Source of the DNA: Nitrospirota bacterium
GTDB taxonomy: Bacteria; Nitrospirota; Nitrospiria; 2-01-FULL-66-17
DNA length: 64,000 bases
Direction of reading: 5' to 3'
NCBI GenBank assembly: GCA_049325335.1
Contig: JBMOMC010000002.1
Span: forward strand, 1-64,000
Shown piece by piece: positions 50,152 to 59,600 of the stretch. The position numbers and the translations under genes were made by a program. Below the pieces are notes generated by a model. It ran no database searches. It was given only the letters and a program-made list of their open reading frames with translations, and was not told the DNA's origin. Positions within the stretch are counted from its first letter, which is position 1, and every line of letters starts with the position of its first letter.

Positions 50152-50454
50152 ATGAGCGCCCCCCTGATGAGCACGTCTCCGCCTCATCCGTTGGTTGAGA
50201 TCACGATTCTGGGACGATGTTATCGAGTGCGTCCCGATGTGTCTCTGGTGTGGGCGCTGTACGATGAGGGATTCATCACCGCGGCCAACCGATTTTGTTG
50301 GAACGGAACGTGTTTGTACTGCATGGTGACGGTGGTCTGGCCGAATACTACGGTCGCGGTGCGGAAAAAAGCGTGTGAGATCTTCCCTACCGCCGGGTTG
50401 AACGTGATTCGGCTCGGCGGGGAGTTTTCCGTGCCGGTCCGTCTCGCGTCGTGA
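50152..50454 (+). CDS. Small [2Fe-2S] ferredoxin-like protein
   Basis: Motif FCWNGTCLYC...AC. Confidence 0.65.
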   Translation: MSAPLMSTSPPHPLVEITILGRCYRVRPDVSLVWALYDEGFITAANRFCWNGTCLYCMVTVVWPNTTVAVRKKACEIFPTAGLNVIRLGGEFSVPVRLAS

Positions 50455-52184
50455 AGCTCGATCTCGGTCCGTTTGCCGCGTTGGTGCGTCCCCACCGCGG
50501 CGCCATGGCGCAAGCCTCGCTGCTGGTCATGGGCGTGGCCGCGCTCAACCTCGCGTTGCTATGGCTCTTTCGGTATTTCTTCGACCATGTGTTGGTCCGC
50601 CACGACACCGCCGCGCTCGGTCGGATCATCTGGGCCTCGCTCGGCCTGTTTGCACTGCACAGCGCCTTGTCCTTGCGCCAACACGTGGTGTTGGCGCGCG
50701 TGGGACAGCGGATCGTCACCGCGCTGCGGTTGCGGTTGGTGGAGCACCTAACCACGTTGTCATTGGATTTTTTCGTCAAACGACGGACCGGCGAGCTGAT
50801 GTCGCGGGTGACCAGCGACGTGGGCACGGTGCAACAGGTCGCGACCAACGTGCCCGTGGACTTGGCGAAACAGTCCGTGACGTTCGTGGGCGCGTTGGGG
50901 CTGCTCTTGTACATGAATTGGCGGCTGTGTCTGGCCGTTCTCGCGGTGATCCCGTTGGTGGTGGTGGTCGCCCGTCTGTTCGGACGGCGGCTCAAGGCGC
51001 TCTCGACCGAGAGCCAGGACCGAGCTGCGGAGTCCGCGACGATCCTGGAGGAAATGTTGTCCGGCATCACGCTGGTGAAGTCGTTCGTGATGGAGCGACA
51101 CGAGGTGGATCGACTCGGCGCGCAACTTGAGCGCGCGGACGCGGTGGCCGCCCGCCGCGCCGCGTTGGTGGGGGTGTTCGTGCCCGTGGTCACGGTCCTG
51201 ACGCTGCTCGGCGCACTCGGCGTGTTGTGGTACGGCGGGGTGCAGGTGATCGCCGGCGCGATGAGTCCCGGCGATCTGGTCGCGTTTTTGTTGTACGGCG
51301 GCATTCTGATGGGACCGTTTTCCGCGGCGGCTCGCGTGTTTTCGCAGATCAAAGAGGCGCAGGGCGCAATGCAGCGGGTGACGGAGATCCTCAACGAACA
51401 GCCGATGGTTCGCGACGCCCCGGGCGCCGCCCGTCTGGGCGCGGTGAACGGTCGCGTGGAGGTCTGCGACGTCTCGTTCGCCTACGAGCCGGGACGATCG
51501 GTGTTGCGCGGCGTCTCGCTCACCGCGGAACCCGGGCAGATCGTGGCATTGGTCGGACCCAGCGGCGGCGGCAAATCCACGCTCGTTCATTTGTTACATC
51601 GGTTCTACGATCCCTTGGAGGGGGCCATCTTGCTCGATGGCCGCGACCTACGGGCGATCCGGATGGCGGACCTGTACGCGCGGATCGCCTTCGTGCCGCA
51701 AGAGACGATGTTGTTCGGGGGGACGGTTGAAGAGAACATCCGGTTCGGTCGTCCGTCCGCGCGTCAGGACGAGGTGGCGGCGGCTGCGGAGGCCGCGCAC
51801 GCGCACGGATTCATTCAGGCGCTGCCGAACGGGTACGGGACCGTGGTGGGGGAGAAGGGCGTGCGACTGTCCGGCGGGCAGCGACAACGGATCGCGATCG
51901 CGCGGGCGGTGCTCAAGGACCCGAGAATTTTGCTGTTGGATGAAGCCACGTCGGCGTTGGATAATGAATCCGAAGTGTTGGTGCAAGACGCGTTGGACCG
52001 CCTGATGAAGGGCCGCACCACGATCGTGGTCGCCCATCGGTTGTCCACCATCCAGCGCGCGGATCATATCCTGGTGTTGGATCAGGGGCGGATCGTGGAA
52101 CGCGGCACGCACGGCGAATTGTTGGCGAGCCGCGGGGTGTACCATCGTTTGTCGGTCGCGGTGTCGACGAGCGCGGGCGCATGA
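50451..52184 (+). CDS. MsbA-like ABC exporter (TMD plus NBD)
   Basis: Motifs GPSGGGKST, LSGGQRQR, LLLDEATSALD. Confidence 0.93.
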   Translation: MKLDLGPFAALVRPHRGAMAQASLLVMGVAALNLALLWLFRYFFDHVLVRHDTAALGRIIWASLGLFALHSALSLRQHVVLARVGQRIVTALRLRLVEHLTTLSLDFFVKRRTGELMSRVTSDVGTVQQVATNVPVDLAKQSVTFVGALGLLLYMNWRLCLAVLAVIPLVVVVARLFGRRLKALSTESQDRAAESATILEEMLSGITLVKSFVMERHEVDRLGAQLERADAVAARRAALVGVFVPVVTVLTLLGALGVLWYGGVQVIAGAMSPGDLVAFLLYGGILMGPFSAAARVFSQIKEAQGAMQRVTEILNEQPMVRDAPGAARLGAVNGRVEVCDVSFAYEPGRSVLRGVSLTAEPGQIVALVGPSGGGKSTLVHLLHRFYDPLEGAILLDGRDLRAIRMADLYARIAFVPQETMLFGGTVEENIRFGRPSARQDEVAAAAEAAHAHGFIQALPNGYGTVVGEKGVRLSGGQRQRIAIARAVLKDPRILLLDEATSALDNESEVLVQDALDRLMKGRTTIVVAHRLSTIQRADHILVLDQGRIVERGTHGELLASRGVYHRLSVAVSTSAGA

Positions 52185-52208
52185 TGCGACGTACGGCGGG
52201 AGGATGCG

Positions 52209-52607
52209 GTGCAAGAGAACTTTGAAGCAATCAAGCAGGCCATTGCCGAACAACGCGTGCGGTTGGCGATCGTCAAACCGAAAGCGCGTCAATTATTGAT
52301 CTGGCCCACGGCGGACCAGAAACAGTGGGCCCCGTCGGGGCTGCAGTGGTTCTCGCGCGGGTTGGGCGCGCTGTTTATCGGGTCGTCGTTGACCGCCGCG
52401 TATGCGTGGGTGACCTGGGAGTTGATGCAGATGATTTTTTCCTGCACGATCAGCCTGGTGTCGTTGCGGTACCTGGATCGGATCGCGGCCCACCATACCC
52501 AGGACAAGGCCTTGTCGGACGAAGCGTTTTTTCACGCAGGTCGCGAATCGGGGTTGATCGAACTCGAACCCGTGACCGGCCGAGCGGAATCCCGCGGCTA
52601 CTCCTGA
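52209..52607 (+). CDS. Hypothetical membrane protein
   Basis: GGAGG RBS plus GTG; two hydrophobic segments. Confidence 0.65.
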   Translation: MQENFEAIKQAIAEQRVRLAIVKPKARQLLIWPTADQKQWAPSGLQWFSRGLGALFIGSSLTAAYAWVTWELMQMIFSCTISLVSLRYLDRIAAHHTQDKALSDEAFFHAGRESGLIELEPVTGRAESRGYS

Positions 52608-53285
52608 TCACCCGCCGCAGAGGCGGTCGATCGGTTCCACGCGCGGGCCCTTGAGGTTGTCGCGCGCGGCGTCCGCGCAATCAAGACTCACCAAATACCG
52701 AACCAACTTGTCCAGCCCGGCGACGGTGAACGTCGCCTTGAAATGGGCGGGCATGGTGGATTCATCGGGCCGTTCGCGCTGCTCGAACCCCGGGACGATG
52801 AACGCGCTGGGGCGGAGGACGGACTCGCGGATGTATTCCTCGGGCGACCGAGCCGAAGCGCGGCCGGATCGGACCGCGGCTTGATACGCGGGGGAGGCCA
52901 TCCGGCGCTCCGCGGTGACCTTGGGGAGTAAGAGAGGTCCTTCGACCCCGGATTGCGCGGTGAGGATTCCCGGGATCTGGTGGCACACGCCGCAACCCAG
53001 TTTGGTGATCATTCGTTCTGGCGTGTCCTCGTCTTGCGCCACCACCGGTATCGATGCGGGCAACGTGTCAGAACCTGGAGTCGTCACGGGCCGCCCGGCT
53101 GGGATCGATATCGGCGCGGGCGGGGCGAACCACGCATGCCATGCCGCATACCCTCCGACCACCAGCGCGGCGGACCCGACTCCGAGCGTGAGCCAACGGT
53201 ACTCGGGGGTGCGAGCCGCGGTCGAGAGCAAGATGAGCGCCATCAGCAGAAACGGGACGGCGATCAGGACGGAGGTCATCAACAC
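52608..53285 (-). CDS. Membrane-anchored monoheme cytochrome c
   Basis: Two TM segments, CGVCH, YIRESV..P, distal MP. Confidence 0.82.
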   Translation of the reverse strand: MLMTSVLIAVPFLLMALILLSTAARTPEYRWLTLGVGSAALVVGGYAAWHAWFAPPAPISIPAGRPVTTPGSDTLPASIPVVAQDEDTPERMITKLGCGVCHQIPGILTAQSGVEGPLLLPKVTAERRMASPAYQAAVRSGRASARSPEEYIRESVLRPSAFIVPGFEQRERPDESTMPAHFKATFTVAGLDKLVRYLVSLDCADAARDNLKGPRVEPIDRLCGG

Positions 53286-53393
53286 ATCGCGTCGGTGGAC
53301 ATCGCGGGCGGGAACGATACCAGCGAGAGGGTGGTCGGGTCAATCGAGGCCGAACCGTCGCGTAAATGAGACGGTTCGGCCTCGGACCTAAGG

Positions 53394-54557
53394 TCAGGCC
53401 GGCGCGCGCATCGCGTCGATGAGGATCTGCGCGACCTCGGCGCGGGAGAACTCCGGGGGCGGCATTTGGCCCGTACTCAACATTTCCCGGACTTTGGTCC
53501 CGGAGAGCGCGACGTGGTTGGTCGGGTCGTGCGGGCAGGTCTTGGACGAGGCCATGCTCCCGCACGTTTTGCAGAAAAACGTGTTGTCGAAGAATAATGG
53601 CGTGATCCCCAGTTCGCCGTCCTTGAATTCCCCGAAAATGTGGTGAGCGTCGAACGACCCGTAGAAGTTGCCGACCCCCGCGTGATCGCGCCCTACGATA
53701 AAGTGGGTACACCCGTAGTTCTTACGCACCAGGGCGTGAAAGATCGCCTCGCGCGGTCCGGCGTAGCGCATGGCCGCCGGCAGCACCCCGAGCAGGGTCC
53801 GGTTCTTGGGGTAGTAGTTCGCCAGCAATGCCTGATAACAGCGCATCCGCACGTTCGCCGGAATGTCGTCGGATTTGGTTTCGCCCACCAATGGGTGGAT
53901 GAAGAGCCCGTCCACGATTTCGAGCGCGCATTTCTGGATGTACTCGTGCGCCCGATGAATGGGGTTTCGGGTCTGAAAACCCACCACGGTTTTCCAGCCC
54001 CGTTCCGCGAACGCCTTGCGGGTGTCCGCGGGGTCCAGGCGGTTCTCGTGAAAATCCGCGTGGGTTTGCCGTCGCAACACGTCGACTTTGCCGCCCAACA
54101 AGACCTCACCGCGTTTGAACAAGTAGTCGACGCCGGGATGCTTGCGATCTTCGGTGCGGTAGATCGAGCGCGCGGCTTGGGCCTTGTCGCGTTGGTAACG
54201 CTCTTCCAAGTGCAGGATCGCCACGATCGTCCCGCTCTCGTCGGTCAGGGCCGCGTCACGGCCGTCCTTCAGGGCTGCGGCCTGGCCGTGATCCACCGCC
54301 AGGATGATCGGCAGGCTCCACGGCAAACCGTTGGCCAGATGCATGGCGTCGCGCACGCTCTCGTAGTCCTTGCGTCCCATGAACCCTTCGATGGGGCTGT
54401 AGGCGCCGGTGGCGATCAAGTCGAGATCGGACCGTTCCCGCGCGTTCAGCGCGATCTTCGGCATGTCGGCGGCTCGGCGTTCTAGGTCGGCTTGTTGTTC
54501 GGGCGGGACCATTCGATTGATCAGGACGCCGCCGTGGGGGATGGATTGAATAGACAT
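53394..54557 (-). CDS. sat: Sulfate adenylyltransferase
   Basis: Motifs FQTRNPIHRAHE, YAGPREA, VGRDHAG. Confidence 0.97.
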   Translation of the reverse strand: MSIQSIPHGGVLINRMVPPEQQADLERRAADMPKIALNARERSDLDLIATGAYSPIEGFMGRKDYESVRDAMHLANGLPWSLPIILAVDHGQAAALKDGRDAALTDESGTIVAILHLEERYQRDKAQAARSIYRTEDRKHPGVDYLFKRGEVLLGGKVDVLRRQTHADFHENRLDPADTRKAFAERGWKTVVGFQTRNPIHRAHEYIQKCALEIVDGLFIHPLVGETKSDDIPANVRMRCYQALLANYYPKNRTLLGVLPAAMRYAGPREAIFHALVRKNYGCTHFIVGRDHAGVGNFYGSFDAHHIFGEFKDGELGITPLFFDNTFFCKTCGSMASSKTCPHDPTNHVALSGTKVREMLSTGQMPPPEFSRAEVAQILIDAMRAPA

Positions 54558-54587
54558 CTGGTTGTGCTCCTTTCCGCGAACGCTTCT

Positions 54588-54626
54588 AATAAGAAGCCGA
54601 CACCCCGCGCGGGACGAGGTGTCGGT
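54588..54626 (-). terminator. Terminator-like hairpin between sir and sat
   Basis: Stem gccgacacc...ggtgtcggt followed by CTTCTTATT on the minus strand. Confidence 0.45.
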
Positions 54627-54674
54627 CAGTCGTCGGCTCTTGGATCGAGGCGCAGGGAGGTACGCCTCGACGAA

Positions 54675-57110
54675 TCAGGACGCCTTGTTCTCGATCACCA
54701 GCTTGTAGTGATCCCCTTCCTGCTCCATGGACACGACGCGGTAGCCGTCGGCCTTCACGCTGCGCGGCACGTTCTCGGCGGGCTCGCCCGCGTCCAACAA
54801 GACTTCGAGGATTTGCAGGGGATCCATTTCTTCCAATTGGAGCTTGGTTTTGACGTAGTTCATGGGACAGGCCACGCCCAACAGGTCCATTTTGATGGTC
54901 GGCGCGGTCGCGGGCTGAGCCGGAGTAGTCGAGGCGGATGGCGCCGGAGTCGTCTCCGCCTGCGAGCCCTGCGCGACCTTGAGCGAGGCGTCGATCTTGG
55001 CGAACGCGGTCCGGCACGCGTCCGCGAGCGCCTTGGCATCGGCCACGAACCGGCGGGCTTCGTCGAGGGTGATGTGCGATTTGACCGCCGCGCTCCGCTG
55101 GATCACGGCCTCGTACCGATCGCGCGGTACCACGCCCTTGTCCACCATGCGTTGCGAGAATTCCTTGAGCACCAATTCATGGCTGGTTGGCTCGATCGCT
55201 TGGGTCACCAACAATCCCTTGGCCGCGGCCACGATGCCCAGTTCAGCCCGCATCACCGCGTCAACGGGCTTGTGTTTCTCGATGAGCACGCTGGCGTGCG
55301 CCAATTCGTACTTGGAGTCTTCCAAGTGTTGTTCCACCATGTTAATGACGCCGCCTGCGCACTCGCCCGCGCCCGCATCCTCCAAGGAGAACGGGGTGTA
55401 GGCCCCGTAGTCCAGGTACTGCGACGGCGCGTCCGCGTGGGACGGCAAGGTGGTGTACGGTTCGAGCGCGGCCGTGATCGGGGCTTTGCCCACGCGGTCC
55501 ACGAACGCGGTGAACGATTCGCCGGCTTGACGGTGATCGCGGTAGTACTCCAAGAGCGCGTCCACGACTTCCGGGAGTCGTTTGGCCGGGTACTTACCGC
55601 CCGGCAGACCGAACGCCACGCCGTGATCCGTGGATCGGCCGCCCAGGTGCAACTGGTACGCAGGGATCAACTGCCCGTCGATGCGGTGCCCGAGGCCGTG
55701 GAACCCGATTGACGCGATGTGATGTTGGGCGCAGGAGTTGGGGCACCCGCTGACTTTGATGTCGATGCCCTTGAGGTCCTCGGCAAAAGCCTTGCCGTTG
55801 TGCGCCAATTGTTCACTGAGCGCGAGCCCGACCCCCTTGGACGAGGTGATGCCCAGACCGCAGGTGTCGGCGCCGGGGCACGTGACCACGTCGCCGACGC
55901 GGTCGGCGCCCGGCGTGCCCAACCCGATCGCGGTGAGCGCCTCGTGCAGCACGAGCAAATCCGCGTCCGCCACCCAGCGCAGGAGAAAGTTCTGAGTCAC
56001 GGTGACCCGAATGCTGCCGTGCGCGAACCGCTCCGTGATGTCGGCCAAACCGCGCAATTGCGCCGTGGTCAAGTCCCCGATCGGCAACGTGACCAATGCC
56101 GCGGAGTAGCCGGCCTGTTTTTGCGGTTTCACGTTGGTGGCCTGCCACGCCTCGAACGCGTGCGAGCGCGACCCGTTGGACGGCGGGCGCTTGGACCCGT
56201 TGGTGGGCACCGGCTCCGACATCGGTGCGAACGCGGCCAGCGTCGCGGCGTCGCGGCCTTCGCATACGAACGCGTACTCCTCAGCGTACATGGCGTAGAA
56301 CTTCTCGAATCCGCCTTTTTCAATCAGGAACTTGAGTCGGGCCAGGCTGCGGTTCTTACGGTTGCCGTGGCGGTTGAACACCCGGAGCACGGCTTCACAA
56401 CGCGGGCGCAACTCCGACGCGGGCACCCACTCTTCCAGCAGATAGGGTCGTTTGGGGCTGGGCCCCAAGCCGCCGCCGACCGTGAGCCGGAATCCGATCT
56501 CTTCGCGGCCGTTCACCGTGCGTTTCACGGCCAACACGCCGAAGTCATGGATGCCGGTGAGCGCGCAATCGCTCGCGCAGCCCGAAAACGCGATCTTGAA
56601 CTTGCGGGGCAGATTCTCGCACACGGGGTTGCGCAGAAAATGCATGGCCACGCCGTGGGCGTAGGGCGTCACGTCCACCACTTCGTCGCGGCAAATGCCC
56701 GCGTAGGGACAGGCGGTGACGTTGCGGACCGTGTTGCCGCACGCCTCGCGGGTGGTCAGGCCCACCTCCGCGAGTTGCCGCATGATCGCGGCGGTGTATT
56801 CGAGTTTGATGTAGTGGAGCTGAATGTCTTGGCGCGTAGTCAGGTGGGCCACGCCTCGTGAGTAGCGATCGCCGATGTCCGCGACGCGACGAAGTTGAGG
56901 CGCGGTCATCCCGCCGAACGGGATCTTGATGCGCACCATCTGCACGCCGTCTTGCCGTTGGCCGTAGATGCCGTGTTGCAACCGGAACCGTCGAAAGACC
57001 TCGGGATGGATCTCGCCGCGCAGGAAACGCTGCGTTTCCTGTTCGTAGTTGGCGATCTCCTCCTCGATGTCAGGAGGAATGGTGTGCGTCGCGATTGTTG
57101 CCTGTGCCAT
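54675..57110 (-). CDS. sir: Siroheme sulfite reductase fused to HEPN-like and TusA domains
   Basis: Motifs TTRQDIQLH, LPRKFK, CPGADTC, SGCPNSC; C-terminal DLLGVACPMNYVK (TusA). Confidence 0.88.
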   Translation of the reverse strand: MAQATIATHTIPPDIEEEIANYEQETQRFLRGEIHPEVFRRFRLQHGIYGQRQDGVQMVRIKIPFGGMTAPQLRRVADIGDRYSRGVAHLTTRQDIQLHYIKLEYTAAIMRQLAEVGLTTREACGNTVRNVTACPYAGICRDEVVDVTPYAHGVAMHFLRNPVCENLPRKFKIAFSGCASDCALTGIHDFGVLAVKRTVNGREEIGFRLTVGGGLGPSPKRPYLLEEWVPASELRPRCEAVLRVFNRHGNRKNRSLARLKFLIEKGGFEKFYAMYAEEYAFVCEGRDAATLAAFAPMSEPVPTNGSKRPPSNGSRSHAFEAWQATNVKPQKQAGYSAALVTLPIGDLTTAQLRGLADITERFAHGSIRVTVTQNFLLRWVADADLLVLHEALTAIGLGTPGADRVGDVVTCPGADTCGLGITSSKGVGLALSEQLAHNGKAFAEDLKGIDIKVSGCPNSCAQHHIASIGFHGLGHRIDGQLIPAYQLHLGGRSTDHGVAFGLPGGKYPAKRLPEVVDALLEYYRDHRQAGESFTAFVDRVGKAPITAALEPYTTLPSHADAPSQYLDYGAYTPFSLEDAGAGECAGGVINMVEQHLEDSKYELAHASVLIEKHKPVDAVMRAELGIVAAAKGLLVTQAIEPTSHELVLKEFSQRMVDKGVVPRDRYEAVIQRSAAVKSHITLDEARRFVADAKALADACRTAFAKIDASLKVAQGSQAETTPAPSASTTPAQPATAPTIKMDLLGVACPMNYVKTKLQLEEMDPLQILEVLLDAGEPAENVPRSVKADGYRVVSMEQEGDHYKLVIENKAS

Positions 57111-57133
57111 GCGTGGTTCCTCCCGCGAACGGG

Positions 57134-57880
57134 TCAGCGGCTGGCCGTCGCCTTGGACCCGCTGTGCAACCCGCACTCTTTATGTTCCGGTGACTCCCAC
57201 CACCACCGGCCCGCCCGGACATCCTCGCCGGGTTTGATCGCGCGCGTGCACGGCGCGCAGCCGATGCTGGGGAATCCCTGATCGTGCAGCTTATTATAGG
57301 GCACTTTATTGGTTTTGATGTACTCCCACACCTGGGACTCGGACCAGTGGATCAAGGGGTTGAGCTTGGCGATGCCGTTGTGCCCGGCGTCGTGCTCGAT
57401 CATCGGCATGTCCGCGCGCGTGACGGCTTGGGCGCTTCGCAGTCCCGTGATCCACGCTCGCAACCCGGAGAGGGCCCGACCCAGGGGCTCGACCTTGCGC
57501 ACACCGCAGCACTCCTTGCGGTTCTCGATGCTTTGATAGAACAGGTTCACGCCCTTGGCTCGCACCATGGACTCGACCGCCGGGGCCTGCGGGAAGTAGG
57601 TCTCGATCGACACGCCGTAGCGATCCCGGACCGCGTCCATGACCTCGTAGGTCTCCGAGTGCAGGCGTCCGGTGTCCAAACAGAAGATCCTGGGCGTTCG
57701 GTGGAGTTTACACAACATGTCGACCAGCACCACGTCTTCCGCGCCGAAGCTGCACGCGAGCGAGACCTGCGAACCGAACTCGTTGAGCGCCCACTTGAGC
57801 ACGACTTCGGCCGGTTGCACGGTGTATTGTTGGTTCAAGGTTTTGAGTTGTTCTTGCGTGTACAACGTAGCGGTGCTCAT
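57134..57880 (-). CDS. cysH: APS reductase (CysH family, Fe-S type)
   Basis: Motifs DTG, ECC..RK.EPL, SIGCAPCT, ECGLH. Confidence 0.95.
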   Translation of the reverse strand: MSTATLYTQEQLKTLNQQYTVQPAEVVLKWALNEFGSQVSLACSFGAEDVVLVDMLCKLHRTPRIFCLDTGRLHSETYEVMDAVRDRYGVSIETYFPQAPAVESMVRAKGVNLFYQSIENRKECCGVRKVEPLGRALSGLRAWITGLRSAQAVTRADMPMIEHDAGHNGIAKLNPLIHWSESQVWEYIKTNKVPYNKLHDQGFPSIGCAPCTRAIKPGEDVRAGRWWWESPEHKECGLHSGSKATASR

Positions 57881-57970
57881 CGGGACGTCAGCTCCTCAAT
57901 CGTCATGGTTCTGGTGAGTAGAATATGACCGGGTCGGGGTCATCGCCTATCTTGCTTCAGTTGTGAGACT

Positions 57971-57993
57971 ATTCCAACTAGTTTACTCAGAAT
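57971..57993. promoter_or_regulatory. Probable Rrf2-family (CymR/IscR-like) operator
   Basis: Imperfect palindrome ATTCCAACTAGTTTACTCAGAAT just downstream of the cys promoter. Confidence 0.5.
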
Positions 57994-57999
57994 CTGTTC

Positions 58000-58029
58000 A
58001 CTATAAATGGCCCCTGAACGGCCTGTCAA
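58000..58029 (-). promoter_or_regulatory. sigma70 promoter of cysH-sir-sat
   Basis: TTGACA-18nt-TATAGT. Confidence 0.6.
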
Positions 58030-58142
58030 GGCCACTTATAGCCCGCGGCGCGATCTGCATCGGAACGGTTCCTTGTCAACAAACCGACTCGTTTGTTATT
58101 GTTATTCTCCGTGCGGAACTTGTGAGGTAATCCGTCAACAAC

Positions 58143-59453
58143 ATGCCTTGGTATTCCATACTCGTCATTTTGGCGTTGGTTTTGGCGAACGGGTTTTTTG
58201 CGGCCGCTGAGATTGCGATCCTGACGGTTCGCAAAAGCCGCATCCTGCACCTGGTCGAAGCCGGGAAGCATCGCGCCAAAGACGTACAACGGCTTCAGGC
58301 GGATCCGGAACGGTTTCTGGCCACGATCCAGATCGGTATCACCGTGATCAGCGCATTGGCCGGCGCGGTGGGCGGCGTGACCGCGATTGAGAACATCAAA
58401 CCCTACCTGGAACAGATTTCGAACCCGTTGCTGCGGAGCGCAAGCGAAGGCATCGCGTTGACCATTGTGGTGGCGTCGATTTCGTATTTGTCGCTGGTCT
58501 TCGGGGAGTTGGTGCCCAAGTCCCTGGCCTTGCGGTATCCGGAGCAGATCGCGTTGTGGGTGGCGTGGCCGATCGACGCGCTGTCTCGATTCTCGTCGGT
58601 GGTGGTCAAGGTCCTGACGTGGTCCAGCCGGCTGATTCTGCGGCCGCTCGGCGCGCACTCAAAGCCCGCGTTCTTCCCCGAGGAAGAGATCAAAAGCCTC
58701 TTGATCGAAGGGCGAGAGACCGGGGCGATCGATCGGACCGAACAGGAGTTGATCCATTCGGTATTCGAGTTCGCCGACATCTCGGTCAAGGAAGTCATGG
58801 TCCCTCCGCCCAAGATCCACGCGATCAAACTCGATACCCCGCAGGAAGCGGTGCTGGCTGATATTACGGAGAACAAGTTTTCCCGGTATCCGGTGTACCG
58901 CGAAGAGCTCAACGACATTTGCGGCGTGGTGTATACCAAGGACATTCTCGACGCCATGGTGCGGCGGCGACCGATCGACATCAAGACCCTGATGCACCCC
59001 GCGTATTTTGTCCCCGAGAGTATGAAGGTGAGCCACCTGTTGCAGGAGATGCAGCGCCGGCACACCCAGATGGCGATTGTGGTCAACGAGTATGGGACGG
59101 TCGAGGGCTTGGCGACCATGGAAGATCTGATTGAAGAGATCGTGGGCGAGATTCGGGACGAATACGACTTGGAAGAGCGTCCGGTGGAGCGGCTCAAAGA
59201 CGGATCATTCGTGGTGGACGCATCCCTCTCGGTCCGGGATTTGAACGAAGAGTATGGCTTGCCGATTCCGGAGTCCCCGCTGTACGAGACGTTGGGAGGC
59301 TTTGTCATGGCGCAGTTGCAGAACATCCCCCGCAGCGGAGCCATCACCCACCACAATCAGCTCAAGTACACGATCGTGGATATGGAAGGCCGGCGGATCA
59401 TGAAAGTGAAGATCGAAAAGGTGCCGGGCTACGAGAAGACGGCGGTGTCGTAG
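58143..59453 (+). CDS. CNNM/HlyC-CorC family (DUF21-CBS-CorC) protein
   Basis: Motifs NGFFAAAE, TIQIGIT, GELVPK, SRYPV, EDLIEEIVGEI. Confidence 0.93.
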   Translation: MPWYSILVILALVLANGFFAAAEIAILTVRKSRILHLVEAGKHRAKDVQRLQADPERFLATIQIGITVISALAGAVGGVTAIENIKPYLEQISNPLLRSASEGIALTIVVASISYLSLVFGELVPKSLALRYPEQIALWVAWPIDALSRFSSVVVKVLTWSSRLILRPLGAHSKPAFFPEEEIKSLLIEGRETGAIDRTEQELIHSVFEFADISVKEVMVPPPKIHAIKLDTPQEAVLADITENKFSRYPVYREELNDICGVVYTKDILDAMVRRRPIDIKTLMHPAYFVPESMKVSHLLQEMQRRHTQMAIVVNEYGTVEGLATMEDLIEEIVGEIRDEYDLEERPVERLKDGSFVVDASLSVRDLNEEYGLPIPESPLYETLGGFVMAQLQNIPRSGAITHHNQLKYTIVDMEGRRIMKVKIEKVPGYEKTAVS

Positions 59454-59457
59454 CTAT

Positions 59458-59580
59458 GAGCCTGTCCATGAGCGGCCATCTGCGGCGTTGCTGCTGCGCT
59501 TCCGGTCCTCACGTACGACTCAGTACGCTCCGGTCCGGTTCTCGCAGCGCCTTGCATCTGGCGCGCTCCTGAACAGGCTC
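59458..59580. repeat. Palindromic repeat family copy E
   Basis: gagcctgtccatgagcggccatctgcggcgttg...cttgcatctggcgcgctcctgaacaggctc. Confidence 0.88.
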
Positions 59581-59600
59581 CGCCCTGCTTTGCAGGGCGG

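Noticed and set aside
8683..56861. Long antisense or alternate-frame ORFs (e.g. 8683-10005, 14522-16126, 25887-27806, 39764-41167, 54492-55712)
   Set aside because: They are shadow frames of well-supported genes in high-GC DNA, with no motifs.
53394..57880. Dissimilatory sulfate reduction
   Set aside because: sat is with cysH and an assimilatory-type siroheme reductase; no aprAB or dsrAB.
8204..59580. CRISPR array or integron attC cassettes
   Set aside because: The repeats are dispersed single intergenic copies between core genes, with no spacers, cas genes or integrase.
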